Shown here: positions 1-8,812 of the stretch, one piece after another
Layout of the letters: every line of letters starts with the position of its first letter
Position numbering within the stretch: position 1 is the first letter of the stretch
DNA from: an uncultured Candidatus Saccharibacteria bacterium
Lineage (GTDB): Bacteria; Patescibacteriota; UBA1384; CAILIB01
Length of the DNA stretch: 58,179 nt
Direction: 5' to 3'
Assembly: GCA_964593885.1 (NCBI GenBank)
Contig: CAZQKK010000002.1
Location: 223,204-281,382, forward strand
Notes under the pieces: model-generated
What the model saw: only the letters and a program-made list of their open reading frames with translations
What the model was told of the DNA's origin: nothing
Databases searched by the model: none
Program-made: the position numbers and the translations under genes

Positions 1-1197
1 GAGGTTTAACCCAAGTACCTCGTTTACCAGGTTTGCAACCTGTTTGAGAGCACCTGAAGAGAGACCTGCATTCAGCGCGCTATAGATTGAGGCAACTGCG
101 GCAGAGGTGTTCAAGTCATCAGAAAGCGCATCCCTGAGCGCGCCACTAACAGCAGAAGTATCATCGCTCCCCTCTTGCTCTACCTGGAAAGCCTTCCTCA
201 ATTTCACCAGTTGCTGTTGCGCCGCCTCCAAAGCCTCCCAACTGAAGTTGAGCTTGCTCCTGTAGGATGCGCTGTAGCAGAAGAGCTTGAAAGCCTCAGG
301 TTCGATCCCCCGTTTCTCCAGGTCTGCCAAGGTGTAGAGGTTACCCAGCGACTTACTCATCTTTCCCCCGTCTACCAGGAGAAACTCGGTGTGCATCCAG
401 TGGTTTGCTAAGGGTTTACCAGTTACGGCAGTACTCTGAGCAATCTCGTTGGTGTGGTGAACTGGGATGTGGTCAACTCCTCCACAGTGAATATCAATCT
501 GATCTCCTAGGGTTTTCTTAATGATGGCGGAACACTCAATGTGCCAACCTGGAAATCCCTTTCCCCACGGACTCTCCCACTCCATATCACGTTTACTATC
601 TACAGGAGAGAACTTCCAGAGGGCAAAGTCTGTTACCGAATGCTTTTCGCCCAAGTCAACCCGTGCCCCGGCCTGGAGACCCTCAATATCCAGGTGTGCC
701 ATCGCGCCGTAACCTGGAAACTTGGTGGAATCAAAGTAGACACCGTCAGATGTGGTGTAGGTGTAACCTTTGGCTTCAAGTGCCTGGATGAGCTGAATCT
801 GATCTGGAATGGTATCAGTTGCCCTGACCAGCTGGTCTGCTGGTAGCAGGTTGAGCGCCTCCATATCCTTCAGGAACACCTCCTCGTAGCGCTTTGCTAC
901 TTCCCAGGCAGTGGTGCCGTCTCGTTTGGCGCCAACCTCAAGTTTGTCTTCGCCGTCATCAGCATCTGAGGTGAGGTGACCTACGTCGGTGATGTTCATC
1001 ACGCGGTTAACCTGGTAACCTTCCATTTTCAAGGTGCGAACCAAAACGTCCTCAGCGATGTAGGTTCTGAGGTTTCCGATGTGTGGATCACCGTAAACAG
1101 TGGGTCCACAGGTGTAGACGCTCACCTTACCTTCTTCAAGACTCTGTAGGGGTTCTACAGATTTGGTGAGGGTGTTGAAGAGCTTAAAGAGCGCCAT
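1..1197 (-). CDS. cysS: cysteine--tRNA ligase, first 399 codons (C-terminus runs off the left edge)
   Basis: Absent from the ORF track because no stop codon lies in the window. My minus-strand translation from the ATG at 1197 gives MALFKLFNTLTKSVEPL..VYTCGPTVYGDPHIGNLRTY (HIGH-type motif), ..GFPGWHIECS.. and ..VDGGKMSKSLGN (KMSKS). These are class I CysRS signatures. Confidence 0.9.
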   Translation of the reverse strand, partial: MALFKLFNTLTKSVEPLQSLEEGKVSVYTCGPTVYGDPHIGNLRTYIAEDVLVRTLKMEGYQVNRVMNITDVGHLTSDADDGEDKLEVGAKRDGTTAWEVAKRYEEVFLKDMEALNLLPADQLVRATDTIPDQIQLIQALEAKGYTYTTSDGVYFDSTKFPGYGAMAHLDIEGLQAGARVDLGEKHSVTDFALWKFSPVDSKRDMEWESPWGKGFPGWHIECSAIIKKTLGDQIDIHCGGVDHIPVHHTNEIAQSTAVTGKPLANHWMHTEFLLVDGGKMSKSLGNLYTLADLEKRGIEPEAFKLFCYSASYRSKLNFSWEALEAAQQQLVKLRKAFQVEQEGSDDTSAVSGALRDALSDDLNTSAAVASIYSALNAGLSSGALKQVANLVNEVLGLNL

Positions 1198-1480
1198 CGT
1201 CTAGGAGGTCTTCAATGGTGAGCTCGCGCTCAATGAGGTGCTTTGGGATGATGTGGCTGCCCGTCTTCTTGATTGGTGCCTCTTCTTCTACCGGTACGGC
1301 AACCTTATCAATCTCTTTGGCAAGCTCTTGCTCTTCTTGAGCTACCTTCACATCTGCATCAGGGATGGTTGGATCTTCAATGTGGGCAAGTTCAACCGTC
1401 TCCTCATCTGGAAGTTCCTGATCTTCAAGCTCTAGTGGATCGATGTCGTCGTTCTGTTGGGTTGTTGCGTGGGGATCCAT
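1184..1480 (-). CDS. small, highly acidic hypothetical protein (98 aa from the internal Met)
   Basis: Track ORF 1184..1576, trimmed to MDPHATTQQNDD.. so that it begins after the recR stop at 1488. It is Asp/Glu-rich, matches no family I recognise, and overlaps the cysS start by 14 nt. Confidence 0.4.
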   Translation of the reverse strand: MDPHATTQQNDDIDPLELEDQELPDEETVELAHIEDPTIPDADVKVAQEEQELAKEIDKVAVPVEEEAPIKKTGSHIIPKHLIERELTIEDLLDDGAL

Positions 1481-1487
1481 GGTTGGG

Positions 1488-2105
1488 TTACATGCGGTTT
1501 CGTCCCTCGAGTGCACGCGCAAGGGTGGTAGGGTCAGCATATTCGATATCGCTCCCCATTGGCAAGCCTCGAGCAATTCTACTCACCTTCAGGTTACCAG
1601 TTTCTAGTAGTGGGGCGAAGAGCTGTTGGAGGTAGCTAGCAGTTGCCTCTCCTTCAAGAGAAGGGTTGGTTGCAAGAATCAGTTCCATCTCACCTTGAGA
1701 GGCTTCTAGGCGAGTTTTCAGGAGCGAAATCCTCAGCTGATCTGGACCGATGCCGTCAATTGGTGAGAGTGCTCCCCCTAGGACATGGTAGGTTCCCTGG
1801 TAGAGACCCGTTTTCTCAAGGGCGATCACATCGAGAGGTCCCTGCACCACACAAATCTGGTGCTGACTTCTAGTATCGTCCCTACAGATTGAACAGAGCT
1901 CTTGATCGGTGATGTGGCCGCACCTAGTGCACGGCTGTACCCCGGTTCTAATGCCATCGAGTGCCTGGATGAACCGGTGGATATCAAAATCAGACTTCTG
2001 CAGGAGGTGGAAGGTAAGGCGCGCGGCCATCTTCGCCCCAATACCAGGGAGGCGGTTGAAGGCATCAATGAGGCTCTGAACCGGCTCCGGCAGCTTTGCT
2101 GACAT
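1488..2105 (-). CDS. recR: recombination protein RecR
   Basis: 205 aa. N-terminal helix-hairpin-helix (NRLPGIGAKMAARL), a C4 zinc finger (CTRCGHITDQELCSIC) and a Toprim-like C-terminal half. Confidence 0.9.
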   Translation of the reverse strand: MSAKLPEPVQSLIDAFNRLPGIGAKMAARLTFHLLQKSDFDIHRFIQALDGIRTGVQPCTRCGHITDQELCSICRDDTRSQHQICVVQGPLDVIALEKTGLYQGTYHVLGGALSPIDGIGPDQLRISLLKTRLEASQGEMELILATNPSLEGEATASYLQQLFAPLLETGNLKVSRIARGLPMGSDIEYADPTTLARALEGRNRM

Positions 2106-2110
2106 GACGC

Positions 2111-4156
2111 TTACGAGTTAGCGGGAGGAAGTGAGGCGAAAGCGGCGAGCGAAGCTTCCTTGAAAGGAACTGCTACACCCTCTTTTTCCTGTTCTTCAAT
2201 CTTTACAGGAAGCTGCTCTTTCTTCCAGAGGGCAAACTTACAGTCTGGGTAGCCACTGCAGCCAATGAAACTTCCTCTACGTGCCCGTTTCCAGATGAGG
2301 TCTTTACCATCAATGGGGCAGATGAGGCCGGTAGGATCGGCACTCTTGAGTGGTTTAGTGGTCTTACACTCAGGAAACTTAGTACAGGCGAGGAACTTAC
2401 CAAACCTTCCAACCTTGATTACCATAGGAGCGCCACAGGTTGGACAGATCTCATCGGTGGCCTCGGTCATGTCCAGCTTCTCAATGGTGTCACTCTTCTC
2501 GGCTACCAGTTTATTGAATGGCTCCCAGAAGTCTCCCAGGAGATCTTTATAGCTCACCTTCCCCTCAGCAACTTCATCTAGCTTCTCCTCCATCTCGGCG
2601 GTGAAGTTGAGGTCTACAATTGAAGGAAAGTTCTCTTTGAGGAGGTTGGTAACGGTAATCCCAACAGATTCAGGGATGAAGCGACGCTGCTCAAGCAACA
2701 CGTATTTACGCTGTTGAAGCGTATCAATTGTAGGTGCGTAGGTTGAAGGCCTTCCGATACCATTCTCTTCCAGCGCCTTAATGAGGGTTGCTTCTGAGAA
2801 TCGTGGTGGTGGCTCGGTGAAGTGCTGCTCGGTTTTAAGCTCTTCCAGAGTAAGTACCTCTCCTTCTTTGAAATCTGGGAGGAGTTGCTCATCTTCCTTC
2901 TGTTTGAGGCCTGCTGCCAGGAATCCTGGGAACACCACACGCTGGCCGGTTGCCCTGAACACTCCTTCACCTGCGGCAATTGAAACTGCCGTCTGTTCTA
3001 GCTGAGCATCTGCCATCTGGCTTGCGAGAGCCCGAGACCTGATGAGGTTGTAGACCTTCTGGACACCTGGATCACCGTCAACTTCCTCAGCCGTAACTGA
3101 AGGGTTGGTAGGCCTAATTGCCTCGTGAGCTTCCTGCGCACCCTTGCTCTTGCTGGTGTACTTGTTTGGGGTTGCCGGAACGTATTCTTTGCCAAAGCTG
3201 TTGGTGATGTAGTCTCTAGCTGCAGCAACTGCCTCGGCTGCCATATCTACAGAGTCGGTACGCATGTAGGTGATGTGACCAGCCTCGTAGAGCTTCTGAG
3301 CCGTACGCATGGCGTTCTTTGCCGACATCCCTAGCTTGTTCACCGCATCCTGCTGGAAAGAAGAGGTGGTGTAGGGAGCACTTGGACGACGCTTAACCGG
3401 TTTCTTGGTAACCTCAGTTACCGTGTAGGTAGCACCCTTGAGGGAGGTTTCAATAGCCGAAGCCTCATCTGCTGATGTAATGGTGAGCTGCTCAATCTTC
3501 TTGCCAGCGTAGTTCACCAGCTTTGCCGTACAGACAATTGCCTCCTTCACGTGTTGGAGGAGTACTTCAATGCTCCAGTACTCAACAGGTTTAAAGGCAT
3601 CTCGCTCTGCTTCCCTGTCCACAATGAGCCTGAGGGCTACAGATTGCACCCTTCCAGCAGAAAGGCCCTTGTAGATCTTCTTCCAGAGCACTGGTGAGAG
3701 GGTGTAACCTACCAACCTATCTAGGACACGCCTGGCCTGCTGGGCATCAATGAGCTCCGTGTTGAGGTTTCTAGGGTTGGCAACCGCGTTGGTAATGGCA
3801 GTTTTTGTAATTTCGTCAAAGGTAATTCTGAACACCTCAATGGCTGTTTGACCCTCTAGTTTGAGTGCTTGGGAGACGTGCCAGGCAATAGCTTCTCCTT
3901 CTCTATCCAAGTCCGATGCCAGGTACACCCGTTTCTTGCCCTTGAGGGCAGCTTGGAGTTTCTTGAGGTTTGGACGAGCTTTTGCCGGGATTACGTACTG
4001 AGGGGTGAATCCATCAGCAGTGTCTACCCCAAGCTTTGAAGATGGGAGGTCTCTGACGTGCCCCATACTTGCTAGCACTTGGTAGTTGCTCCCAAGGTAC
4101 TTGGCGATGGTTCCAGCCTTTGCTGGTGACTCAACAATAACGAGATTTTCTGCCAT
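2111..4156 (-). CDS. topA: DNA topoisomerase I
   Basis: 681 aa. N-terminal Toprim (LVIVESPAKA), an active-site region (ITYMRTDS) and C-terminal Cys4 zinc ribbons (CPTCGAPM..CTKFPEC, CPIDG..CSGYPDC). Confidence 0.95.
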   Translation of the reverse strand: MAENLVIVESPAKAGTIAKYLGSNYQVLASMGHVRDLPSSKLGVDTADGFTPQYVIPAKARPNLKKLQAALKGKKRVYLASDLDREGEAIAWHVSQALKLEGQTAIEVFRITFDEITKTAITNAVANPRNLNTELIDAQQARRVLDRLVGYTLSPVLWKKIYKGLSAGRVQSVALRLIVDREAERDAFKPVEYWSIEVLLQHVKEAIVCTAKLVNYAGKKIEQLTITSADEASAIETSLKGATYTVTEVTKKPVKRRPSAPYTTSSFQQDAVNKLGMSAKNAMRTAQKLYEAGHITYMRTDSVDMAAEAVAAARDYITNSFGKEYVPATPNKYTSKSKGAQEAHEAIRPTNPSVTAEEVDGDPGVQKVYNLIRSRALASQMADAQLEQTAVSIAAGEGVFRATGQRVVFPGFLAAGLKQKEDEQLLPDFKEGEVLTLEELKTEQHFTEPPPRFSEATLIKALEENGIGRPSTYAPTIDTLQQRKYVLLEQRRFIPESVGITVTNLLKENFPSIVDLNFTAEMEEKLDEVAEGKVSYKDLLGDFWEPFNKLVAEKSDTIEKLDMTEATDEICPTCGAPMVIKVGRFGKFLACTKFPECKTTKPLKSADPTGLICPIDGKDLIWKRARRGSFIGCSGYPDCKFALWKKEQLPVKIEEQEKEGVAVPFKEASLAAFASLPPANS

Positions 4157-4192
4157 CGCTATCTGATTAACTGAATGATTTGCTTTCTAATT

Positions 4193-4906
4193 CTAACACT
4201 GCGTACTGGTATAGCAATCTTGACAACCGATACTTTGTACCACAACTGCTCTAGGAACTACGTACTGCTCAAGGATATCTGGTGCAGTAGCAACAGGTAT
4301 GGCTCCTTGACGTAAGAGCTTGAGCACACCAAGGCTTCCCTCTCTCGTAATATCTCCTGGAACTACGCAGACCACCTGGTTTGCCTCAAGTGCTGCCTGT
4401 GCGGTACTCAAAGTACCAGATTTTTCGCCAGCTTCAACTATGAGGGTTACCTGGCTTAGACCAGCGATGATCCGGTTGCGCTCTGGAAAGTGGTAATTTC
4501 TGGGCGATGTACCAGGTGGATACTCTGTTACCACCAGGGATCCTGAAGCAACCAGCGCCTGCTTGAGTGAGGTGTGTGAGGCTGGGTAGAGCCGGTTGAG
4601 AGCGCCTCCCAGTACCACAATCCCCTTTCCACCACATTCAAGCATTACCCGATGCGCCTCAGCATCTACTCCGTACGCTAAACCCGAAACAATGGTAAGG
4701 CCAGAGGTAACTAAATCTGGAACTAACCTGTGGATAACTTCTCTGCCGTAATGAGACATCTTTCTACTCCCCACAATGCTAATGCAAGGCTTTTCCAGGA
4801 GGGAACTATCTCCTTCAACATAGAGCCCCATGGGAGGGTTAGGAATAGACCTCAGGGCTGTGGGTAACTTTTGACGTGGGATGAAGACAGGTTCTGGCGG
4901 CGACAT
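4193..4906 (-). CDS. dprA: DNA processing protein DprA/Smf, short Rossmann-core form
   Basis: 237 aa with GLAYGVDAEAH..GGALNRLYPASH..FPERNRIIAGLS motifs. It sits next to topA, the usual smf-topA synteny. No N-terminal SAM-like domain or C-terminal winged-helix extension is visible. Confidence 0.8.
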   Translation of the reverse strand: MSPPEPVFIPRQKLPTALRSIPNPPMGLYVEGDSSLLEKPCISIVGSRKMSHYGREVIHRLVPDLVTSGLTIVSGLAYGVDAEAHRVMLECGGKGIVVLGGALNRLYPASHTSLKQALVASGSLVVTEYPPGTSPRNYHFPERNRIIAGLSQVTLIVEAGEKSGTLSTAQAALEANQVVCVVPGDITREGSLGVLKLLRQGAIPVATAPDILEQYVVPRAVVVQSIGCQDCYTSTQC

Positions 4907-4943
4907 AGCTAGAACCTACGCCGCACAACCTACCAATACTAGG

Positions 4944-6836
4944 CTATTCCACAACTTCGGTTCTCCGGAATAGCTGCAAACCCTGAGCCGTAGCCTGTCT
5001 CCCAATTTCTTCCTGTAAGAGTTGTCCGTAGAGAACCAAGCCAATAGACTCCATGCTGCCGTGCTGTTCATTCCCTAAAATGTTGCCGCCACCCCTAATT
5101 TCCAGGTCTCGCACCGCAATGCTCCAGCCACTTCCCAGGGTATCCGCCTCTAGGAGTGCCTCCAGACGCTTCTTTGCCGTCTCCCCTAACCTTTCCACAT
5201 CTTCCACACCTGTTGATTCGTCCTGCTCAAGGCTTCCTGTGTAGAAGTGAGCGTAGGCCTGGATGTTCCTTCGCCCCACCCTCCCACGAAGCTGGTACAG
5301 GTCTGAAAGGCCAAAGTATTCGCTCCTGAGAACGATGAGAGTGTTTGCCCGCGCACTATCAAGACCGTGTTCAACAATGGTAGAGGCAACCAGAATATCG
5401 GTTTCGCCTCCCATAAACTCACGCATTCGTTTGGCAAGCTCAACCTCGTGGAGCTGGCCGTGAGCTACTGCAACTTTCGCTCCAGCATGTCCACGTTTGG
5501 TAAGTTCTTTAGTAATGGTGTCAGCGATGTTCTGGAGAGGTCCAACCCTGTGGTGTACCACGTACGCCTGTCCCCCACGCTCAAGCTCTGCCACCAGGGC
5601 GGTTACCATGCTTTCCAGGTTAAACTTCTCGGCAACTGTGGTGATAGGGAGCCTCCCGTGGGGTGGGTGCCTTAGTATACTCAACCCTCGCAAACCTGAG
5701 AGGCTCATGGAAAGGGTACGAGGAATTGGCGTAGCCGAGAGCGAGAGCACGTCTATAGTTGGGCGAAGCGCTTTGAGTTTCTCCTTGTGGCTCACCCCAA
5801 ACTTCTGTTCTTCATCAATAATCAGCAACCCAAGCTGCTTCCACTGAAGTGAACTTCTCAGGAGCGAGTGGGTGCCAACTACCAGATCAACGGTGCCATC
5901 TGCTATCGCCCCAATGGTTACAGCATCTTCCCCTTTGGAAAGCCTACTCATCCTCCTTACCTTTACGGGAAGCCCGGCAAACCTCTGCTGAAGCTCGGCG
6001 TAGTGTTGTTCTACCAGTACTGTAGTTGGAGCGAGGAAAGCCACCTGGCGGCCAGAGGCGATAACCTGGGCAGCTGCCCGCAACGCCACCTCGGTTTTCC
6101 CGAAGCCAACATCTCCACAGAGGAGTCTATCCATAGGAGGACCTTGGGTGCTCAGATCAGACTGAATCTGGCGTAGCGCCTTGTCTTGGTCGTAGGTGAG
6201 GCTAAATGGCACCCCTGAAGCCAGGTTTGCCAGCCACTCATCAGCCTTAGGAATCGCTTCCCTGACATGGAGCTGGCGCGATGCAAAAATTTTCAAGAGT
6301 CCCCTCGCCACCTTGATGAGGTCTTTCTGCACCCTTTCCTTGGTTCTCACCCACGCTTGCGAGTAGAGTCGGGTTAATCTGGGATGCCTACTCCCGATGT
6401 AGGGCATCAGCCCTTCCTGGCGTGAGCGTGGAATGAGCAACCTGTCGTTGCCTGCGTAGGTGAGCGAAATGTAGGTCTCAACCTCGCCATCCACGGTTTC
6501 TTGCTCTACGAGGCCCTGAAAGATCCCCACACCATGAAACGGGTGCACTACGTAGTCTCCAGGGTAAATCATACCGTGGGTACTCTCGAGGCTATTTGGC
6601 GATAGCTCAAGCATCGCCTCAGAAGCTGCTACCCATCCGTCATCGGTGAGTTCTTCCACCGCTTCAATGGCTTCGCCTAGGTAGTGGAGCCTCACCGGAA
6701 TCTGCCTGGCAGCAGGCCAGACCAGGATGGTATCACCACGCACGACAAAATCACCTTGGTTGGTGAGCTCTTGAGCTTCACGGTACCCTTCTTGTCGAAG
6801 AAATCTCAGTGTTTCGGTGTAGCTATCAGTTATCAT
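4944..6836 (-). CDS. mfd: transcription-repair coupling factor (Mfd), truncated N-terminus
   Basis: 630 aa. CarD/RID-like motif (YPGDYVVHPFHGVGIF), SF2 helicase motifs (GDVGFGKTEVA, DEEQ, SATPIPRT) and a TRG-like region. It is about half the length of canonical Mfd. Confidence 0.8.
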   Translation of the reverse strand: MITDSYTETLRFLRQEGYREAQELTNQGDFVVRGDTILVWPAARQIPVRLHYLGEAIEAVEELTDDGWVAASEAMLELSPNSLESTHGMIYPGDYVVHPFHGVGIFQGLVEQETVDGEVETYISLTYAGNDRLLIPRSRQEGLMPYIGSRHPRLTRLYSQAWVRTKERVQKDLIKVARGLLKIFASRQLHVREAIPKADEWLANLASGVPFSLTYDQDKALRQIQSDLSTQGPPMDRLLCGDVGFGKTEVALRAAAQVIASGRQVAFLAPTTVLVEQHYAELQQRFAGLPVKVRRMSRLSKGEDAVTIGAIADGTVDLVVGTHSLLRSSLQWKQLGLLIIDEEQKFGVSHKEKLKALRPTIDVLSLSATPIPRTLSMSLSGLRGLSILRHPPHGRLPITTVAEKFNLESMVTALVAELERGGQAYVVHHRVGPLQNIADTITKELTKRGHAGAKVAVAHGQLHEVELAKRMREFMGGETDILVASTIVEHGLDSARANTLIVLRSEYFGLSDLYQLRGRVGRRNIQAYAHFYTGSLEQDESTGVEDVERLGETAKKRLEALLEADTLGSGWSIAVRDLEIRGGGNILGNEQHGSMESIGLVLYGQLLQEEIGRQATAQGLQLFRRTEVVE

Positions 6837-6868
6837 ACGAATTCATACATTTGCATATATTTTGTTTG

Positions 6869-6897
6869 TTGACAAACAAAATCCGCTTTGGTAGTCT
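6869..6897 (+). promoter_or_regulatory. candidate sigma70-type promoter
   Basis: TTGACA (6869-6874), a 17-nt spacer, then TAGTCT. The -35 lies inside an 8-bp inverted repeat, TTTGTTTG/CAAACAAA. Confidence 0.3.
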
Positions 6898-6926
6898 ACT
6901 ATTACAGTCGGTTTGCACCTTTATAG

Positions 6927-7028
6927 GCATTCATATCTATCTACGCGGCCAACAATCTTTGCCCCTCCTTTGGATTGGATCCTTCGGGATCGGCACGTGG
7001 ATAGATATGAGCGCCTATTTTGTTTTTT
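6927..7028 (+). ncRNA. candidate small RNA or orphan terminator-like element
   Basis: Long imperfect hairpin (TCATATCTATCTACG at 6931-6945 pairs with CGTGGATAGATATGA at 6996-7010) enclosing a GATCC-TTCG-GGATC hairpin. It is followed by ATTTTGTTTTTT. No plus-strand gene lies upstream. Confidence 0.3.
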
Positions 7029-7082
7029 GGCTCCCCTACCATCTTAGCATGGCCAGCACCTTCGTAAGGCTACCCTAAGTTA

Positions 7083-7111
7083 TTGACACAAGTTACAGAT
7101 TACGGTATACA
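7083..7111 (+). promoter_or_regulatory. candidate promoter for the 7148 ORF
   Basis: TTGACA, 17 nt, TATACA. It is followed by a hairpin that contains the GGAGGG ribosome-binding site. Confidence 0.45.
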
Positions 7112-7147
7112 CAGATTGACCTCACTTATGGAGGGTCAATTACTTTG

Positions 7148-7510
7148 ATGACAATCCCCACACGAACACGCGTGGGATCCCGGAAAACGTATTCTTTTAC
7201 CGGGGACCTACGTGGCAAAATCTCCTTCATGGACCAGAAGAGATTTTCAAACGGACAGGATGTCCACGTCAGATTTCAGCGCCGAAAGGAGACGTTCAGC
7301 GCGCGGCTAGACAGCGTGAGCCCTGGAACGATTGAGTTAATCAACCGGATCAAGGGCGGCACCATACAGCCAACCACAAATAAGGCACGACTAGTAATTG
7401 AGAAGATTGACGGACAGACCGTCTTGAAAACCTCAATTCCGGTCACAATCGGAAGCGATGGAACATCCGTCACCATCCACTTCCCGTCTCAACGTTCCAA
7501 AGCCGCATAG
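7148..7510 (+). CDS. hypothetical protein (120 aa)
   Basis: Track ORF 7145..7510. Has its own promoter-like hexamers, a Shine-Dalgarno sequence (SD) and a terminator. No family recognised. Confidence 0.5.
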   Translation: MTIPTRTRVGSRKTYSFTGDLRGKISFMDQKRFSNGQDVHVRFQRRKETFSARLDSVSPGTIELINRIKGGTIQPTTNKARLVIEKIDGQTVLKTSIPVTIGSDGTSVTIHFPSQRSKAA

Positions 7511-7520
7511 CGGCTTTTTT
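7501..7520 (+). terminator. intrinsic terminator
   Basis: AGCCGC-ATA-GCGGCT followed by TTTTT, right after the stop at 7510. Confidence 0.6.
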
Positions 7521-7533
7521 CGTATCCAAACAA

Positions 7534-7561
7534 GAAAACCAGCCCGAGCGGGCTGGTTTTC
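7534..7561. terminator. bidirectional intrinsic terminator (ends rplK)
   Basis: GAAAACCAGCCC-GAGC-GGGCTGGTTTTC, flanked by A/T tracts on both sides. Confidence 0.7.
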
Positions 7562-7577
7562 TTCGCCTTGAGAGAGC

Positions 7578-8012
7578 CTAGGCCTCTACTTCAATACCCA
7601 TTGAGCGGGCAGTGCCGGCAATGACCTTAGCTGCCTGAGATGCCTCACGAGCTGAGAGGTCTGGCATCTTTCGCTCTACAATGGCCGCTACCTGGTCTTT
7701 GGTCAGTTTACCTACCTTGATCTTCTTTGGGTTGGCAGAAGCTGTTTTAAGGCCAAGTGCTTCCTTAATGAGGATGGATGCAGGTGGTTGCTTGAGGATG
7801 AAATCAAAAGTTCTGTCCTCGTAGATGGTGATGTGCACCGGAATAGTGGTGTTTCCCATCATCTTAGTAGCCTCGTTGAACTTGGTGCAGAACTCCATAA
7901 TGTTCACACCTTGAGGTCCGAGAGCGGTTCCAACTGGAGGCGCAGGGTTTGCCTTACCGGCAGCACACTGGAGCTTCACAACTGTTTTGATAGGTTTGAG
8001 AGACTTGGCCAT
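7578..8012 (-). CDS. rplK: 50S ribosomal protein L11
   Basis: 144 aa, [38 protein letters not shown] sequence. Confidence 0.95.
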   Translation of the reverse strand: MAKSLKPIKTVVKLQCAAGKANPAPPVGTALGPQGVNIMEFCTKFNEATKMMGNTTIPVHITIYEDRTFDFILKQPPASILIKEALGLKTASANPKKIKVGKLTKDQVAAIVERKMPDLSAREASQAAKVIAGTARSMGIEVEA

Positions 8013-8039
8013 ATGAGTAATCTTTGTAAGTGGGTAGCG

Positions 8040-8615
8040 TTAGACGCGCTTGAGTTGGAGGTAGTCTAGGGCAACTGGGGTTTCGCGGCCAAACATGGAA
8101 ACGAGTACCTTCACCTTGCCTTTATCTAGGTCAACTTCATCAACCTTTGCCTGGAAGCCTTTGAGGGCGCCATCGGTGATCTCGACGAGGTCACCATTCT
8201 GGAACTCAACCTTGTACTTAGGCTCATCCTGACCCATGCGCTTCTTGATGTTGTCTACCTCTTGGATTGACATTGGGGTTGGCCTTACGCCGAAACCAAT
8301 GAAGCCTGTAACGTTTGGGGTGTTTCTCACGATGTACCAAGAGTCATCGGTAACAATCATGTCTACCATAACGTAGCCTGGGAAGATTTTTCGCTCAACG
8401 GTGCGGCGTTTGCCGTTCTTGATTTCAATCTGCTTCTCTGTTGGTACCATCACGTCAAATACCTTATCCTTCATGTCCAGCGACTCAATACGCTGCTGGA
8501 GGTTCTGAGCAACCTGATCTTCGTAGCCAGCGTAGGTGTGGATAACGTACCAGTTACGGGCACCATCCTGCTTCCCGCTGGACTTTTTGAGACTGAATGA
8601 CTGTTCTTCTGCCAT
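8040..8615 (-). CDS. nusG: transcription antitermination factor NusG
   Basis: Track ORF trimmed to MAEEQSF.., which starts 5 nt after the secE stop. NGN domain (WYVIHTYAGYE) and KOW motif (GDLVEITDGALKGFQAKV). Confidence 0.9.
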   Translation of the reverse strand: MAEEQSFSLKKSSGKQDGARNWYVIHTYAGYEDQVAQNLQQRIESLDMKDKVFDVMVPTEKQIEIKNGKRRTVERKIFPGYVMVDMIVTDDSWYIVRNTPNVTGFIGFGVRPTPMSIQEVDNIKKRMGQDEPKYKVEFQNGDLVEITDGALKGFQAKVDEVDLDKGKVKVLVSMFGRETPVALDYLQLKRV

Positions 8616-8619
8616 ACGG

Positions 8620-8802
8620 TTATTTGTTGATGATGAGCCCGAGGGCCTTGATAAAGACGGTATCCATAGCAAAGATGATCAGTGCCCCCAGACTTACCCC
8701 AATCACGACGCTGAAGAAGTACTTCATGACCGTGGCGAAGTTTGGCCACGTTACCTTACGGAGTTCTGCAACGACGCCCTGGATGTAGGTGATGGGCTTC
8801 AT
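8620..8802 (-). CDS. secE: preprotein translocase subunit SecE
   Basis: 60 aa, single C-terminal TM helix, VVAELRKVTWP motif, directly upstream of nusG. Confidence 0.8.
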   Translation of the reverse strand: MKPITYIQGVVAELRKVTWPNFATVMKYFFSVVIGVSLGALIIFAMDTVFIKALGLIINK

Positions 8803-8812
8803 GGTGGCGAAG

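Noticed and set aside
8616-8672. N-terminal extensions in the track ORFs for nusG, pilD, the three pseudopilins, the second pilin, the PilO-like protein, rdgB, GH13 and others
   Set aside because: The extensions overlap the upstream gene or the divergent promoter, and they push conserved N-terminal motifs (for example the prepilin cleavage site) away from the N-terminus. I trimmed each to the internal start that abuts the upstream stop.
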